Part shown: one piece after another, positions 55,292 to 64,000 of the stretch | Position numbering within the stretch: position 1 is the stretch's first letter | Layout of the letters: every line of letters begins with the position of its first letter | Source of the DNA: an uncultured Gammaproteobacteria bacterium | GTDB lineage: Bacteria > Patescibacteriota > Microgenomatia > UBA1406 | Assembly: GCA_964414145.1 (NCBI GenBank) | Contig: CAYPVH010000004.1 | Coordinates: forward strand, 10,849 to 74,848 | Reading direction: 5' to 3' | DNA length: 64,000 bases | The notes under the pieces: generated by a model | What the model was told of the DNA's origin: nothing | The model's input: only the letters and a program-made list of their open reading frames with translations | The model's database searches: none | Made by a program: the position numbers and the translations under genes

Positions 55292-56395
55292 TTATTTTAT
55301 TATTTTTTCTTTTTTAAGTACGTTAACAATTTTTTTATTAATATAATCCTTACTATATATTTTCCCGGAACTGTTTGTACAATCAATTTTTTTCCAATGT
55401 TTATGCATTCTACACAGTTTTAAGAACATCTCTTCACTTTTAATTCTATATTCAATGTCTTTTTCAACGATATCCAGTTTTTTACCCTTAACATAGTCTC
55501 TAATACTTTTTTTCTTGGTTAGCTCTAAACCTACCTGCCAGGGTACATAAAGATATATTACAATATCCTCTTTTGGTATTTTATGTACTTTATATTCCAA
55601 CTCATATATCCAAGATAAATACTTTTCTGATTCTTTTTTTGTACTGAATCTATTTCCCCAATGAGCCATATTCGAGGTAGCATACCGATTACAAAGAATT
55701 AAACCACCTTTTAATAAATAATCACTCATTTCTTCTTTTATTGATGCCCTGTCAAGTGCGTATGCGAGTGACGCTAAATACGGTGACAAAGTGTCTAAAT
55801 TACCAAAATCACCATTTAGCATCTTACCAACTATAGCACCATGAAATGAGGTATAGTAACGTGGGAAATCGTATATTCTATGAGAATACTTATTGTCTTT
55901 CAATTTTTTGGCTAACAACTTTACTTGGGTTGCCTTACCAGAACCATCACCACCATCAATAACTACCAGCTTTCCTTTTCTTTTATAGTTAAAGGCAACA
56001 TGATTAAAGAATTTTTTAATTATATAGCTAATATTATGTTTGTCATAGTGTTCAATAAAAATATTTTCTGAAGGATTTCCCAAAAGCATTGGACTTATCT
56101 GATCTGCATGGTCTTTGTACAAAAGAACTAAAACTGGCTTATTATTCATTAAAGCATAAACTATTTCACCGCCTATGGTTGTTGATGGAAATGAACCCTC
56201 AGCTACAATGCAATCTGCTTTTTCAATTAATTCCTTCCTCTTTTTGAAATATTTGGTGCTGGATGATTTTTTAAAATGATTACTCTTTATCAGTTTAATA
56301 TTTACAGGTAATTTACTGAATTGTTTTTCTAGAATCTTGAGTAGATCAGCATTAGAATTATTTATATCTTTCTCAGCTGTATAAAAAAAATACAT
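55292..56395 (-). CDS. tmk: thymidylate kinase fused to an N-terminal ~140-aa Rossmann-like (nucleoside 2-deoxyribosyltransferase-like?) domain
   Basis: The C-terminal part carries VVIDGGDGSGKATQ (P-loop), the DRY-like region CNRYATSNMAH, and a lid. The N-terminal part has no kinase motifs but contains ADCIVAEGSFPSTTIGGEIVYAL..KPVLVL. Confidence 0.75.
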   Translation of the reverse strand: MYFFYTAEKDINNSNADLLKILEKQFSKLPVNIKLIKSNHFKKSSSTKYFKKRKELIEKADCIVAEGSFPSTTIGGEIVYALMNNKPVLVLLYKDHADQISPMLLGNPSENIFIEHYDKHNISYIIKKFFNHVAFNYKRKGKLVVIDGGDGSGKATQVKLLAKKLKDNKYSHRIYDFPRYYTSFHGAIVGKMLNGDFGNLDTLSPYLASLAYALDRASIKEEMSDYLLKGGLILCNRYATSNMAHWGNRFSTKKESEKYLSWIYELEYKVHKIPKEDIVIYLYVPWQVGLELTKKKSIRDYVKGKKLDIVEKDIEYRIKSEEMFLKLCRMHKHWKKIDCTNSSGKIYSKDYINKKIVNVLKKEKIIK

Positions 56396-56407
56396 TTTAT
56401 ATAAAGA

Positions 56408-57163
56408 TTACTTTGTTTCAAGTAATACTTTTATTGAAGGAGTCATAGACCCGGTTATATATACTTCATTAATATACTTTTTATTTATTGCTTTTATTAG
56501 TGCATCAATATTTTCTTTAAGTTGTTTTGTAGTAAAACTTACTTTACCAACAACTTGATGTAAAATAGGAAACTTAGATTCCGATTTATAATGAATAGTG
56601 CCTGACTGAAGTTTTTTCTTTGCTTTTTCTACATCTTCAACTAAAGTCCCCTTCTTTGGTGAAGGCATTAAACCTTTTGGGCCTAGGAAACGCGCATATT
56701 TAACAATGTCTTTCATATCTGAAGTCTTTGCTAATAATATATCGAAATTTATGGTTTTAGCTTCAAGTTCTTTAATTACTTCTTTGCCAAATATAGCTAC
56801 TTTTATTTCTTTTCCGGTACCATGAGGAAGAGTAACCTCTCCTTTCACTGACTTATCATTTAGATTAATGTGAATTTCAACAGATGCATCGAATTTTTCA
56901 TAAGATATTTCTTTAAGTAATTTTACAGCGTCTTCTATAGAATAAAGCTTGTCTTTATTTATCTTACTTTTAGCTTTAAGAAATTTTTTTCCTTTTGCTT
57001 TATTTTTCCTGTTTACTGTAATTGATTCAACTATACTCTTTTTCGATTCCTTAGTTTTTTTCTTTTTCTTATCTTCAACGCTTAAAGATTTTTTCTTATT
57101 ATCTTTTTCTTCAATCTCTGTTATCTCTGTTACACCAATTGTTGTTTTTTTTGTTTTTCCCAT
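56408..57163 (-). CDS. rplA: 50S ribosomal protein L1 with a ~55-aa Lys/Glu-rich N-terminal extension
   Basis: The core starts around KFLKAKSKINKDKLYSIEDAVKLLKE. Also PHGTGK, FLGPKGLMPSPKKGT, and its position after rplK. Confidence 0.9.
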   Translation of the reverse strand: MGKTKKTTIGVTEITEIEEKDNKKKSLSVEDKKKKKTKESKKSIVESITVNRKNKAKGKKFLKAKSKINKDKLYSIEDAVKLLKEISYEKFDASVEIHINLNDKSVKGEVTLPHGTGKEIKVAIFGKEVIKELEAKTINFDILLAKTSDMKDIVKYARFLGPKGLMPSPKKGTLVEDVEKAKKKLQSGTIHYKSESKFPILHQVVGKVSFTTKQLKENIDALIKAINKKYINEVYITGSMTPSIKVLLETK

Positions 57164-57174
57164 ATTATTTTTTT

Positions 57175-57597
57175 TTATTCTGTTTCAACACCCATACTTC
57201 TAGCTGTGCCTGCAACGATTTTCTTAGCTTGGTCAATGTTGTTTGTATTTAAGTCTTCCATTTTTTCTGTTGCTATTTGTTCTAAGTCAGCACTACTTAA
57301 TTTACCAACCTTTTCTTTATTTGGTTTTCCTGAACCAAGTTTAATTCCAAGTTTTTTCTTGATTAGTTCTGCAACAGGTGGAAGTTTTGTAACAAATGTA
57401 AAAGTTCTGTCTTCGTATATAGTGATTACCACAGGTATGATCTGTCCTTTTTTGTCACTGGTTTTTGCGTTATATTGATTTACAAAATCCATGATTGGTA
57501 CACCATGTTGCCCAAGTGCCGGACCAGCCGGAGGAGCTGCTGTTGCCTGACCAGCAGGTAAATTCAACTTAACAATTGCTTTTATTTTTTTTGCCAT
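57175..57597 (-). CDS. rplK: 50S ribosomal protein L11
   Basis: [19 protein letters not shown], and [11 protein letters not shown]-like [11 protein letters not shown]. Confidence 0.97.
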   Translation of the reverse strand: MAKKIKAIVKLNLPAGQATAAPPAGPALGQHGVPIMDFVNQYNAKTSDKKGQIIPVVITIYEDRTFTFVTKLPPVAELIKKKLGIKLGSGKPNKEKVGKLSSADLEQIATEKMEDLNTNNIDQAKKIVAGTARSMGVETE

Positions 57598-57599
57598 AT

Positions 57600-58166
57600 T
57601 TATATTTTTTGAATTTGTAGGAAATCTAAATCAACAGGTGTTTCGCGTCCAAAAATAGAAATTAAAACCTGAGCTTTTCCCTGATCTTCGTCTACCGACT
57701 GTACTGTACCCAAAAAATCAGTAAAAGGCCCATCAACAATCTTAACAGCTTCACCTTTTGAAAACTTTGCTTTAAACTTTGGCGACTCTTGTTCTGCAAA
57801 TTTTAATATTGCATCAACTTCTTTTGCAGAAATAGGAGTTGGTTTATTTCCAGCTCCAACAAACCCAGTTACACCTTCTGTTGTTCTTACTACAAGCCAA
57901 CTATCGTCATTTAGGATCATACTGACAAGGATATATCCCGGAAACAACTTTTCTTTAACTTTCTTTTTTTTACCTTGTTTAATGGTAATAATATCCTTCA
58001 TAGGTACTACAATATCGAATATCTGATCTTCAAATCCTAATGTAACGATTCTTTGTTCCAGTGCTGTTTTGGTTTTTTGTTCATAACCAGCCTGTGTATG
58101 AACAACATACCAGCGTGCATTATCACGGTTGCCATCTTTAGCTGTATTTATTTCTTTGTCTTCCAT
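57600..58166 (-). CDS. nusG: transcription termination/antitermination factor NusG
   Basis: NGN domain [19 protein letters not shown], and [21 protein letters not shown]. Confidence 0.92.
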   Translation of the reverse strand: MEDKEINTAKDGNRDNARWYVVHTQAGYEQKTKTALEQRIVTLGFEDQIFDIVVPMKDIITIKQGKKKKVKEKLFPGYILVSMILNDDSWLVVRTTEGVTGFVGAGNKPTPISAKEVDAILKFAEQESPKFKAKFSKGEAVKIVDGPFTDFLGTVQSVDEDQGKAQVLISIFGRETPVDLDFLQIQKI

Positions 58167-58364
58167 TTAACTCTTCAAGCTAAGTAATATTTTTAAACCT
58201 TGAGCAAAAATATAATCAAATAAACCAATATATAACCCGAGCAAGGTAGAAATTATAACAACGACCAATGTTAAATGCAATGCTTCTTGCTTGCTTGGCC
58301 ACTCAACTTTTTGCAATTCCTCTTTAATATTTTTAAAAATATTTGGGTTTATTTTATCTTTCAT
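58167..58364 (-). CDS. secE: preprotein translocase subunit SecE
   Basis: 65 aa. ELQKVEWPSKQEALHLTLVVVIISTLL, a single TM helix, and a position immediately upstream of nusG. Confidence 0.8.
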   Translation of the reverse strand: MKDKINPNIFKNIKEELQKVEWPSKQEALHLTLVVVIISTLLGLYIGLFDYIFAQGLKILLSLKS

Positions 58365-58410
58365 AGCTTAAATTATAAACGATTTAACTTAAGTAAGCAA
58401 TTTGAAACAT

Positions 58411-60999
58411 TTAGTTTTCATCTTGATTGTCAGGTGTATCTGTTGGTGTAATGCTGGAATCCACTATATCTGTTTTTACTCCGATTGTTATCTCTTTTTC
58501 TTCTTTGCTGTCTTTCTCATTTATAGCAATAATTTTAACTTTATATACACCGTCATCTAGATGGATTATTTTGTCAAGTACAGAATCGTTTGTATCTAAT
58601 TTCAATTCGTTATTTACAACAACCTCAACTTTTTTTATTTTAGTTGTAGATACTGCTTTTACATATATTCTAATGTCGTTGCTGTCATATCGTTTGCCAT
58701 CACTTGGTTCAAGCAACGATATATTTATAGAATCTGAATCATTGTCTGATGTTTCTGTTGGTGGTTTCCATTTTTCGTCTGACTGTTCTCTTGCCCACTT
58801 ATCTATTGCTTCTTGCCATCTATTAATACCATCTGTTGATAGTGGATCTTCTTCATAAACAACAAAGAATTCTTTTTCATCATAATTGTTGTTATTAATC
58901 TCTATTGGGTTTGCTTTTTTATTTGAGTTTCTTAAAATTTTTATTTTACTATAAAAGCTTGATATTTCTTTTGGTTCTGATCCTTCAATAAAGTACTCGG
59001 AACGTTTAGGATAGTCATTATGAGGTAGACCACCAAATATTGAATCTATTTCTAATGCTATTATTCCACTTGGTTTTTCAATTATTCCGTCTTTATAGTC
59101 TTTTTCAAATGCTTTAATAAATACACGTCGCCAAATTGGAGCAGCTCCGCTTACTCCAGATGATAGAAGTGGATTCATTGCTTCATTATCATTATTTCCC
59201 ACCCAAACACCTACGACCAAATCTTTAGTATATCCTACGGTCCAGTTGTCTTTTTTATCATCTGTGGTTCCAGTTTTTGCGGCAACAGTCTTTCCGCTGA
59301 TATTTAAGTAGTTATTTGCTCCGAATGTAAGTAGTCGAGCATTATTGTCACTTAAGATATGTGATATTAGAAATGCAACTTCCTTTGATATGACCTGATT
59401 TTTATTTATCTTTTTTTGCTTATATATTATTTTATTCTTGTAATCTTTAACTTCTTTAATAGCGCTTGGTGTTATAGATTCACCACCATTTGCAAAAATA
59501 GAGTAAGCCGATACCAAATCTAGTAATCTTACCTCGCCACCGCCAAGTGTTATTGATAGCCCAAATCGTTCCATATTCTCATTGCTAGGAGCTAGTGTGG
59601 TTAACCCGGCATCTGATACCAACTGCAAAAAGGGTTTCAGCCCCGACCTTGCAAGTACTTTTACTGCAGGCACATTCAGAGAACTTCCCAAAGCATATCT
59701 CAGTTGCACAGGACCACGATATTTACCATCATAATTGACAGGCTCATAAGAATCCTGTGATTCAGATTGTTTAAAGTTAGTTGGAACATCCATAACGGTT
59801 GTTGACGGTGTCATACCGTTTTCAAATGCAAGGGCGTATGTAAATGGCTTAAGTGTTGAACCCGGTTGACGTAATCCCAAGGCAGCATTAAACTTTCCAA
59901 ATTCATTATTATTAAAGTCAACAGAGCCAACCATAGCCAATATTTCACCTGAATTTGGATCTATAACAACAACAGCTGCATTTGTAATATTTAAACCAGA
60001 AGCTGCCTTGATTTCTTCTTTTACAATCTTTTCGATTTCTTCTTGTAATTCAAGATCTAAGGTTGACTTAATTACTAAACCTTTTTTATATAAAGCCTCA
60101 TCTTCAACCATTTCGTCAAGTAAGTCTTTTATATAAAATACAAAATGAGCCGCAGGTATGTTTTCCATTCTCTTGCTGAATTTAACCGAATCCAACTTTT
60201 TTACTAATTCTTCTTCTTTTTCTTCAGTAATGTATTTATCTTCCCTCATACGTCTTAATACTTCTTTAGTACGTACTTTATATGCATCTTTTGTTCCAAT
60301 TGAAGGTGAGTAGTAACTTGGTCTTTGTGGCAAACCGGCTAATATTGCACTTTCAAGTAAAGTTAGGTCTTTAGCATGTTTTTCAAAGTATACTTGAGAC
60401 GCCGATTCAATGCCATATGCTGTTCCCCCATATGGCGCCATATTCATATACATTTCAAGAATTTCCTTTTTTGTATATCGCCTTTCCAATTCAACCGCTA
60501 AAACCAATTCCTTGATTTTTCTAGTTATGGTTCTTTCAGCAGTAAGTAAATTATTTTTTACCAGTTGTTGTGTTAGAGTAGAACCGCCTTCAGTACTACT
60601 TGTAAATATATTTTTTAATAGAGCACGAATGATTCCGAAAAGCGAATAACCCTTGTGTTTAAAAAAGTCTTTATCTTCAATTGCAACTGTAGCTTGCCAA
60701 GAATATTCCGGTATCTTGTTTAATTTAATTGGAACGATATTCTTGTCATCAAACACCTGATAAACAACCTCTCCATCTCTATCAAGAATTGACGTTGAAT
60801 ATTTGGCATTCTTACTAATATTGTCTGGGGTAGGAAGGTCTCTAACAATAACCGAAATTATTAAGAAAGGCATAACTATAAAAGCAACCACTAAAGCTGC
60901 AATAAAATACTTTGGCTTTTTTATAATTGCCTTCATTATCGACGACTGAGCTTTTCTTAGCCGTCTCTTCTTAGGTAAAAATGCAAAATCTCTTTTCAT
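58411..60999 (-). CDS. class A penicillin-binding protein (PBP1A-type transglycosylase/transpeptidase) with a C-terminal Ig-like/acidic extension
   Basis: GT51 motifs EDKDFFKHKGY and GGSTLTQQLVKN. Transpeptidase motifs STLKPF (SxxK), SLN, and KTGTT. About 150 extra C-terminal aa end in TPTDTPDNQDEN. Confidence 0.9.
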   Translation of the reverse strand: MKRDFAFLPKKRRLRKAQSSIMKAIIKKPKYFIAALVVAFIVMPFLIISVIVRDLPTPDNISKNAKYSTSILDRDGEVVYQVFDDKNIVPIKLNKIPEYSWQATVAIEDKDFFKHKGYSLFGIIRALLKNIFTSSTEGGSTLTQQLVKNNLLTAERTITRKIKELVLAVELERRYTKKEILEMYMNMAPYGGTAYGIESASQVYFEKHAKDLTLLESAILAGLPQRPSYYSPSIGTKDAYKVRTKEVLRRMREDKYITEEKEEELVKKLDSVKFSKRMENIPAAHFVFYIKDLLDEMVEDEALYKKGLVIKSTLDLELQEEIEKIVKEEIKAASGLNITNAAVVVIDPNSGEILAMVGSVDFNNNEFGKFNAALGLRQPGSTLKPFTYALAFENGMTPSTTVMDVPTNFKQSESQDSYEPVNYDGKYRGPVQLRYALGSSLNVPAVKVLARSGLKPFLQLVSDAGLTTLAPSNENMERFGLSITLGGGEVRLLDLVSAYSIFANGGESITPSAIKEVKDYKNKIIYKQKKINKNQVISKEVAFLISHILSDNNARLLTFGANNYLNISGKTVAAKTGTTDDKKDNWTVGYTKDLVVGVWVGNNDNEAMNPLLSSGVSGAAPIWRRVFIKAFEKDYKDGIIEKPSGIIALEIDSIFGGLPHNDYPKRSEYFIEGSEPKEISSFYSKIKILRNSNKKANPIEINNNNYDEKEFFVVYEEDPLSTDGINRWQEAIDKWAREQSDEKWKPPTETSDNDSDSINISLLEPSDGKRYDSNDIRIYVKAVSTTKIKKVEVVVNNELKLDTNDSVLDKIIHLDDGVYKVKIIAINEKDSKEEKEITIGVKTDIVDSSITPTDTPDNQDEN

Positions 61000-61141
61000 A
61001 ATATATGCTTTAATGCTATTATATTAAATATGAAACAAATAAAAAAATTATTTACAAAAAACAAAAATAATATAGTAAAAATCTTAATAATTATTGCTTC
61101 AGTTCTTCTACTTGCTTCATCTTTTTACCATATTTCTTAGC

Positions 61142-63169
61142 ATGAGCCATACTCTTCACTTAAAAGACAATATAACAAAAATACCGGGGATTGGTCCAAC
61201 AACATTTTTTAAGTTTCAAAAGAAAAATATTACGACTGTTTTTGATTTATTAAAACTTTATCCGTTAAGCTATACTGACTACTCTATTATTAAAAAAGTC
61301 AGCCATCTAAATATTAGTGATGTAGCAACTATCTGTGGCAAAATAACCAAGTTTGAAACCCAGTTTACAAGAAACAGAAAACTAACAATCCAAAAAGCAG
61401 TGTTGTGCGATAACTCAGGATGTATTGATCTAATTTGGTTTAATCAGCCCTTTTTAAAACAGTCAATATCTGAAAATAGCGAATACTACTTTTCCGGTAT
61501 TACTGATTCTTATGGTAGTAAACTTATTTTTAAGCCAAGCAACTACGAAGTAAAGTCTACTATTCAACTTAACACAGCCAGAATTGTGCCAAACTATACC
61601 CAATCTATGAAAATTTCAAGCAGATTTATAAGAAAAATAATGTCTTGCGTTCTCAATTCCATAGACAAAACCGAGTTAAAAGAGTACTTAATCACAAACA
61701 ATTTGAATTTACCATCACCATTTAAAACTTTCTCTAATTTACATCTTCCTACTAATCTTGAAGATCTAGAACAGGCAAAAAAAAGATTGTTATTTGAGAA
61801 ATTACTTGCTATATCTCACCAAAATAGAAAGCTAACACTCGAAAATCGGTTGCATAATGGTTACAAAATTAAATCAGACAATAAATCTGCTACTAACTTC
61901 AATACTAACTTACCCTTTAAATTAACTTCTTCTCAAAATACTGCTATATCGGAAATACTTGCAGACTTGTCTACCGGTATACCAATGAGCAGAATGCTTC
62001 TTGGAGATGTTGGAAGTGGAAAAACTGTTGTAATAACCAGAGCTATATATGAAGTTTACAATAACAATTATAAATCGATTGTGCTTGTACCGACAGAGAT
62101 TTTAGCCAAACAGCATTTTTCAACCATCTGCAACTTTCTTCAAAAAACCAAAGCTAAAATTACTTTACTAACATCAAAAACAAATAAAATAAATCTAGAT
62201 TTTGATATTTTGGTTACAACTCATAAAGCCTTCTATTTAAATAAACAGTTCAATAATGTTGCTTTAGTTGTTATAGATGAACAGCACAAGTTTGGCGTTG
62301 ATCAAAGACAAAAACTAGTTAAATTATGCACCAATCATGGTCGCTCCCCTCACCTACTATCTGTTTCCGCTACTCCAATTCCACGTTCTCTGGCCTTAGT
62401 AATATTTGGAGGCACACAAATATCAATGTTAGAAGAGATGCCCATTGGTCGAAAACCCGTAAAAACCTATTTCATTCCTCAGCAAAAAAGAGAAGATGCG
62501 TATAAATGGATAAACACAAAAATTTTAGGCTTCAAAACACAGGCATTTGTTGTTTGTCCGTTAATTGAAGAGTCTCAAAGTAACAAAGATAACGAACTGA
62601 AGTCTGTTGTAAATGAATTTAATGCCCTTAGCAGGGTATTTAATAAACTAAAAATCGATTTACTTCACAGTAAAGTAAAAGACAAAGATAAAGTAATCAG
62701 TAATTTTGAAAAAAACAAAACTAATATTTTGATTACAACTACAGTAGTTGAGGTTGGTATCGATATGAAAAACGCAAGTATTATGATTATAGAAGATGCT
62801 GATAGGTTTGGTCTATCACAACTGCATCAATTAAGGGGCAGAATCGGAAGGGGCGTTGACCAATCATATTGCTTCTTGTTTTCAAAGAGTACTAATTCCG
62901 ACACAATAAAAAGATTGAAAATTTTACAAAAAATTAATAGCGGGTTTAAATTGGCCGAATATGACTTAAGATTAAGAGGGGCAGGTCGTTTACATGGAAC
63001 AGAGCAGCATGGACATAGTCTAATTGATACCAATTTATTACTTAACAAAACCTTTATGAGTAGTTTGTCACAATACACAAATATATTGGTTGAAAAAGAT
63101 GATAAGTTTATTTATAATTCATTATTTAAGGAAATAGGTGAAGATATTAATTATTTATTTCAAATTTAA
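61142..63169 (+). CDS. recG: ATP-dependent DNA helicase RecG
   Basis: Wedge/OB N-terminus, LTSSQNTAI, GDVGSGKT, DEQHKFG, SATPIPRS, and QLHQLRGRIGRG. Start placed at the ATG at 61142. Confidence 0.92.
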   Translation: MSHTLHLKDNITKIPGIGPTTFFKFQKKNITTVFDLLKLYPLSYTDYSIIKKVSHLNISDVATICGKITKFETQFTRNRKLTIQKAVLCDNSGCIDLIWFNQPFLKQSISENSEYYFSGITDSYGSKLIFKPSNYEVKSTIQLNTARIVPNYTQSMKISSRFIRKIMSCVLNSIDKTELKEYLITNNLNLPSPFKTFSNLHLPTNLEDLEQAKKRLLFEKLLAISHQNRKLTLENRLHNGYKIKSDNKSATNFNTNLPFKLTSSQNTAISEILADLSTGIPMSRMLLGDVGSGKTVVITRAIYEVYNNNYKSIVLVPTEILAKQHFSTICNFLQKTKAKITLLTSKTNKINLDFDILVTTHKAFYLNKQFNNVALVVIDEQHKFGVDQRQKLVKLCTNHGRSPHLLSVSATPIPRSLALVIFGGTQISMLEEMPIGRKPVKTYFIPQQKREDAYKWINTKILGFKTQAFVVCPLIEESQSNKDNELKSVVNEFNALSRVFNKLKIDLLHSKVKDKDKVISNFEKNKTNILITTTVVEVGIDMKNASIMIIEDADRFGLSQLHQLRGRIGRGVDQSYCFLFSKSTNSDTIKRLKILQKINSGFKLAEYDLRLRGAGRLHGTEQHGHSLIDTNLLLNKTFMSSLSQYTNILVEKDDKFIYNSLFKEIGEDINYLFQI

Positions 63170-63172
63170 ATT

Positions 63173-63323
63173 ATGGCAGCAGAACCGAAAAGAAAAATTT
63201 CAACACAAAGGAAAGGCAAAAGATTAGCATCAAAAAAAGAAGTTTCTGAAGACTGTTTTGTGTAAACATTGTAGTAAGCAGAAGCTTCCCCATCACGTTT
63301 GCCCACATTGTGGTAAAGCATGA
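63173..63323 (+). pseudogene. rpmF: 50S ribosomal protein L32 gene interrupted by a 1-nt frameshift in an A7 run
   Basis: Frame 0 reads MAAEPKRKISTQRKGKRLASKKEVSEDCFV* (stop at 63263). The +1 frame downstream of the A7 run (63232-63238) reads KKKFLKTVLCKHCSKQKLPHHVCPHCGKA* (stop at 63321-63323), which is the L32 zinc-ribbon. The ORF track missed this gene. Confidence 0.8.
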
Positions 63324-63712
63324 AAACAAGTAAAGATCCTAGGCATCAAAGAAGAGTAACACTGCTTAAATCATTGTATAGTATTCAATTTAAGAACTCA
63401 AATCAGCCCAAGCTTACGAGAAGTACAAAAAAACAGTTTGATTTAATTGTTACTAAAATCGGTCCTATTAATTCTACAATTAACAAATATGCTCAGAAGT
63501 TTTCTACAGAAAAAATGGCTAAAATAGATTTAGCGATTCTCCAACTTGGTGTATTTGAACTACTTTTTGATAAATCAATCCCCTACCGTGTTGTTGCCGA
63601 TGAATCCATTGAGCTGGCTAAAGAATACGGAGCTCAGGCATCGCCTAAATTTATTAGTGGTATTTTAGGATCAATTATTAATAATCACATCAAACTAGAT
63701 GAAAAGAATTAA
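63320..63712 (+). CDS. nusB: transcription antitermination factor NusB
   Basis: PRHQRRVTLLKSLYS, LAILQLGVFELLF, ESIELAKEYG and FISGILGSI. Its ATG overlaps the rpmF stop (ATGA). Confidence 0.85.
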   Translation: MKTSKDPRHQRRVTLLKSLYSIQFKNSNQPKLTRSTKKQFDLIVTKIGPINSTINKYAQKFSTEKMAKIDLAILQLGVFELLFDKSIPYRVVADESIELAKEYGAQASPKFISGILGSIINNHIKLDEKN

Positions 63713-64000
63713 ATCGCTTGAATCCAAAATAAATATTATTTTTAAAGATAAGGATTTGCTTTTAACAGCTCTTACTCATCCTTCCTTTATTAATGAAAAT
63801 GATATTGATAGAGATTCTTATCAAAGATTAGAGTTTTTTGGTGACGCAGTTCTAGAGTTTCTAGCATCTAGACATTTATATGAAAGTTTTAAAAATATTA
63901 GAGAAGGCCGACTAACAGAAATTAGAGCAGCTTTAGTAAGAACTGAAACTCTATCAATCTGCGCAAAAAAGATTCGTTTAGGTGAATATCTTTTTCTTTC
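63699..64000 (+). CDS. rnc: ribonuclease III, 3'-truncated by the window edge
   Basis: The frame from the ATG at 63699 reads MKRIKSLESKINIIFKDKDLLLTALTHPSFINEN...YQRLEFFGDAVLEFLASRHLYE, which contains the RNase III signature. It was not in the ORF track because it runs off the window. Confidence 0.85.
   Translation, partial: MKRIKSLESKINIIFKDKDLLLTALTHPSFINENDIDRDSYQRLEFFGDAVLEFLASRHLYESFKNIREGRLTEIRAALVRTETLSICAKKIRLGEYLFL

Noticed and set aside
1-64000. Alternative genetic code (UGA recoding as in some CPR lineages)
   Set aside because: Conserved genes such as gyrA, gyrB, lepA, recG and the PBP translate end-to-end under the standard bacterial code. Genes also terminate sensibly at TGA (for example the rpmF C-terminus), so code 11 fits.
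1-64000. Autonomous mobile elements (transposase, integrase, recombinase) that could explain the repeats and tRNA scars
   Set aside because: No ORF in the six-frame track shows DDE, HUH, tyrosine-recombinase or serine-recombinase hallmarks. The cognate enzyme, if any, must lie outside this window.

Overview
This is an AT-rich bacterial chromosome segment. Its gene content (short EF-Ts, many GT-C/GT2/GT4 glycosylation genes, very compact operons, standard stop-codon usage) looks like a reduced-genome Patescibacteria/CPR-type organism, but that lineage call is inference only.

Layout:
- 1-15.9 kb: a very AT-rich ABC-transporter-dependent surface-glycan locus with GT2, GT4 and GT-C enzymes, a methyltransferase, an epimerase, a pyruvyl transferase, a sulfatase-like protein and Wzm/Wzt-like exporters.
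- 16-39.5 kb: housekeeping genes (metK, crp-like, pyk, lepA, murF-like, folD-gyrA-ppa-gyrB, rarA, ruvCAB) and tRNA-Thr, tRNA-Leu and tRNA-Pro. Five long noncoding low-complexity repeat tracts interrupt this block.
- 39.5-46.7 kb: a small accessory islet ending at tRNA-Gln, with a Cas4-like nuclease, a DUF1599-like protein, an orphan PAS histidine kinase, a YflT-like stress protein and a tiny basic protein.
- 46.7-64 kb: housekeeping genes (corA, rpsB-tsf, galU, glyA, tmk fusion, secE-nusG-rplK-rplA, PBP1A, recG, rpmF-nusB-rnc).

I could not recognise a multi-gene defence or secretion system, a CRISPR array, an integrase or a transposase. The strongest unusual signals are noncoding:
1. A modular repeat family whose copies show filled versus empty sites with short target-site-like duplications, which suggests miniature hairpin elements.
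2. Two modules of that family sit in-frame inside the GTPase domain of lepA.
3. A dense field of tRNA-Leu and tRNA-Pro 5' and 3' fragment duplications.
4. rpmF is split by a frameshift in an A7 run.
5. Two genes lack a canonical start codon.
6. A -10 box recurs 6-10 nt upstream of start codons, which suggests leaderless mRNAs.

All functional calls rest on motif recognition by eye. No database search was run.
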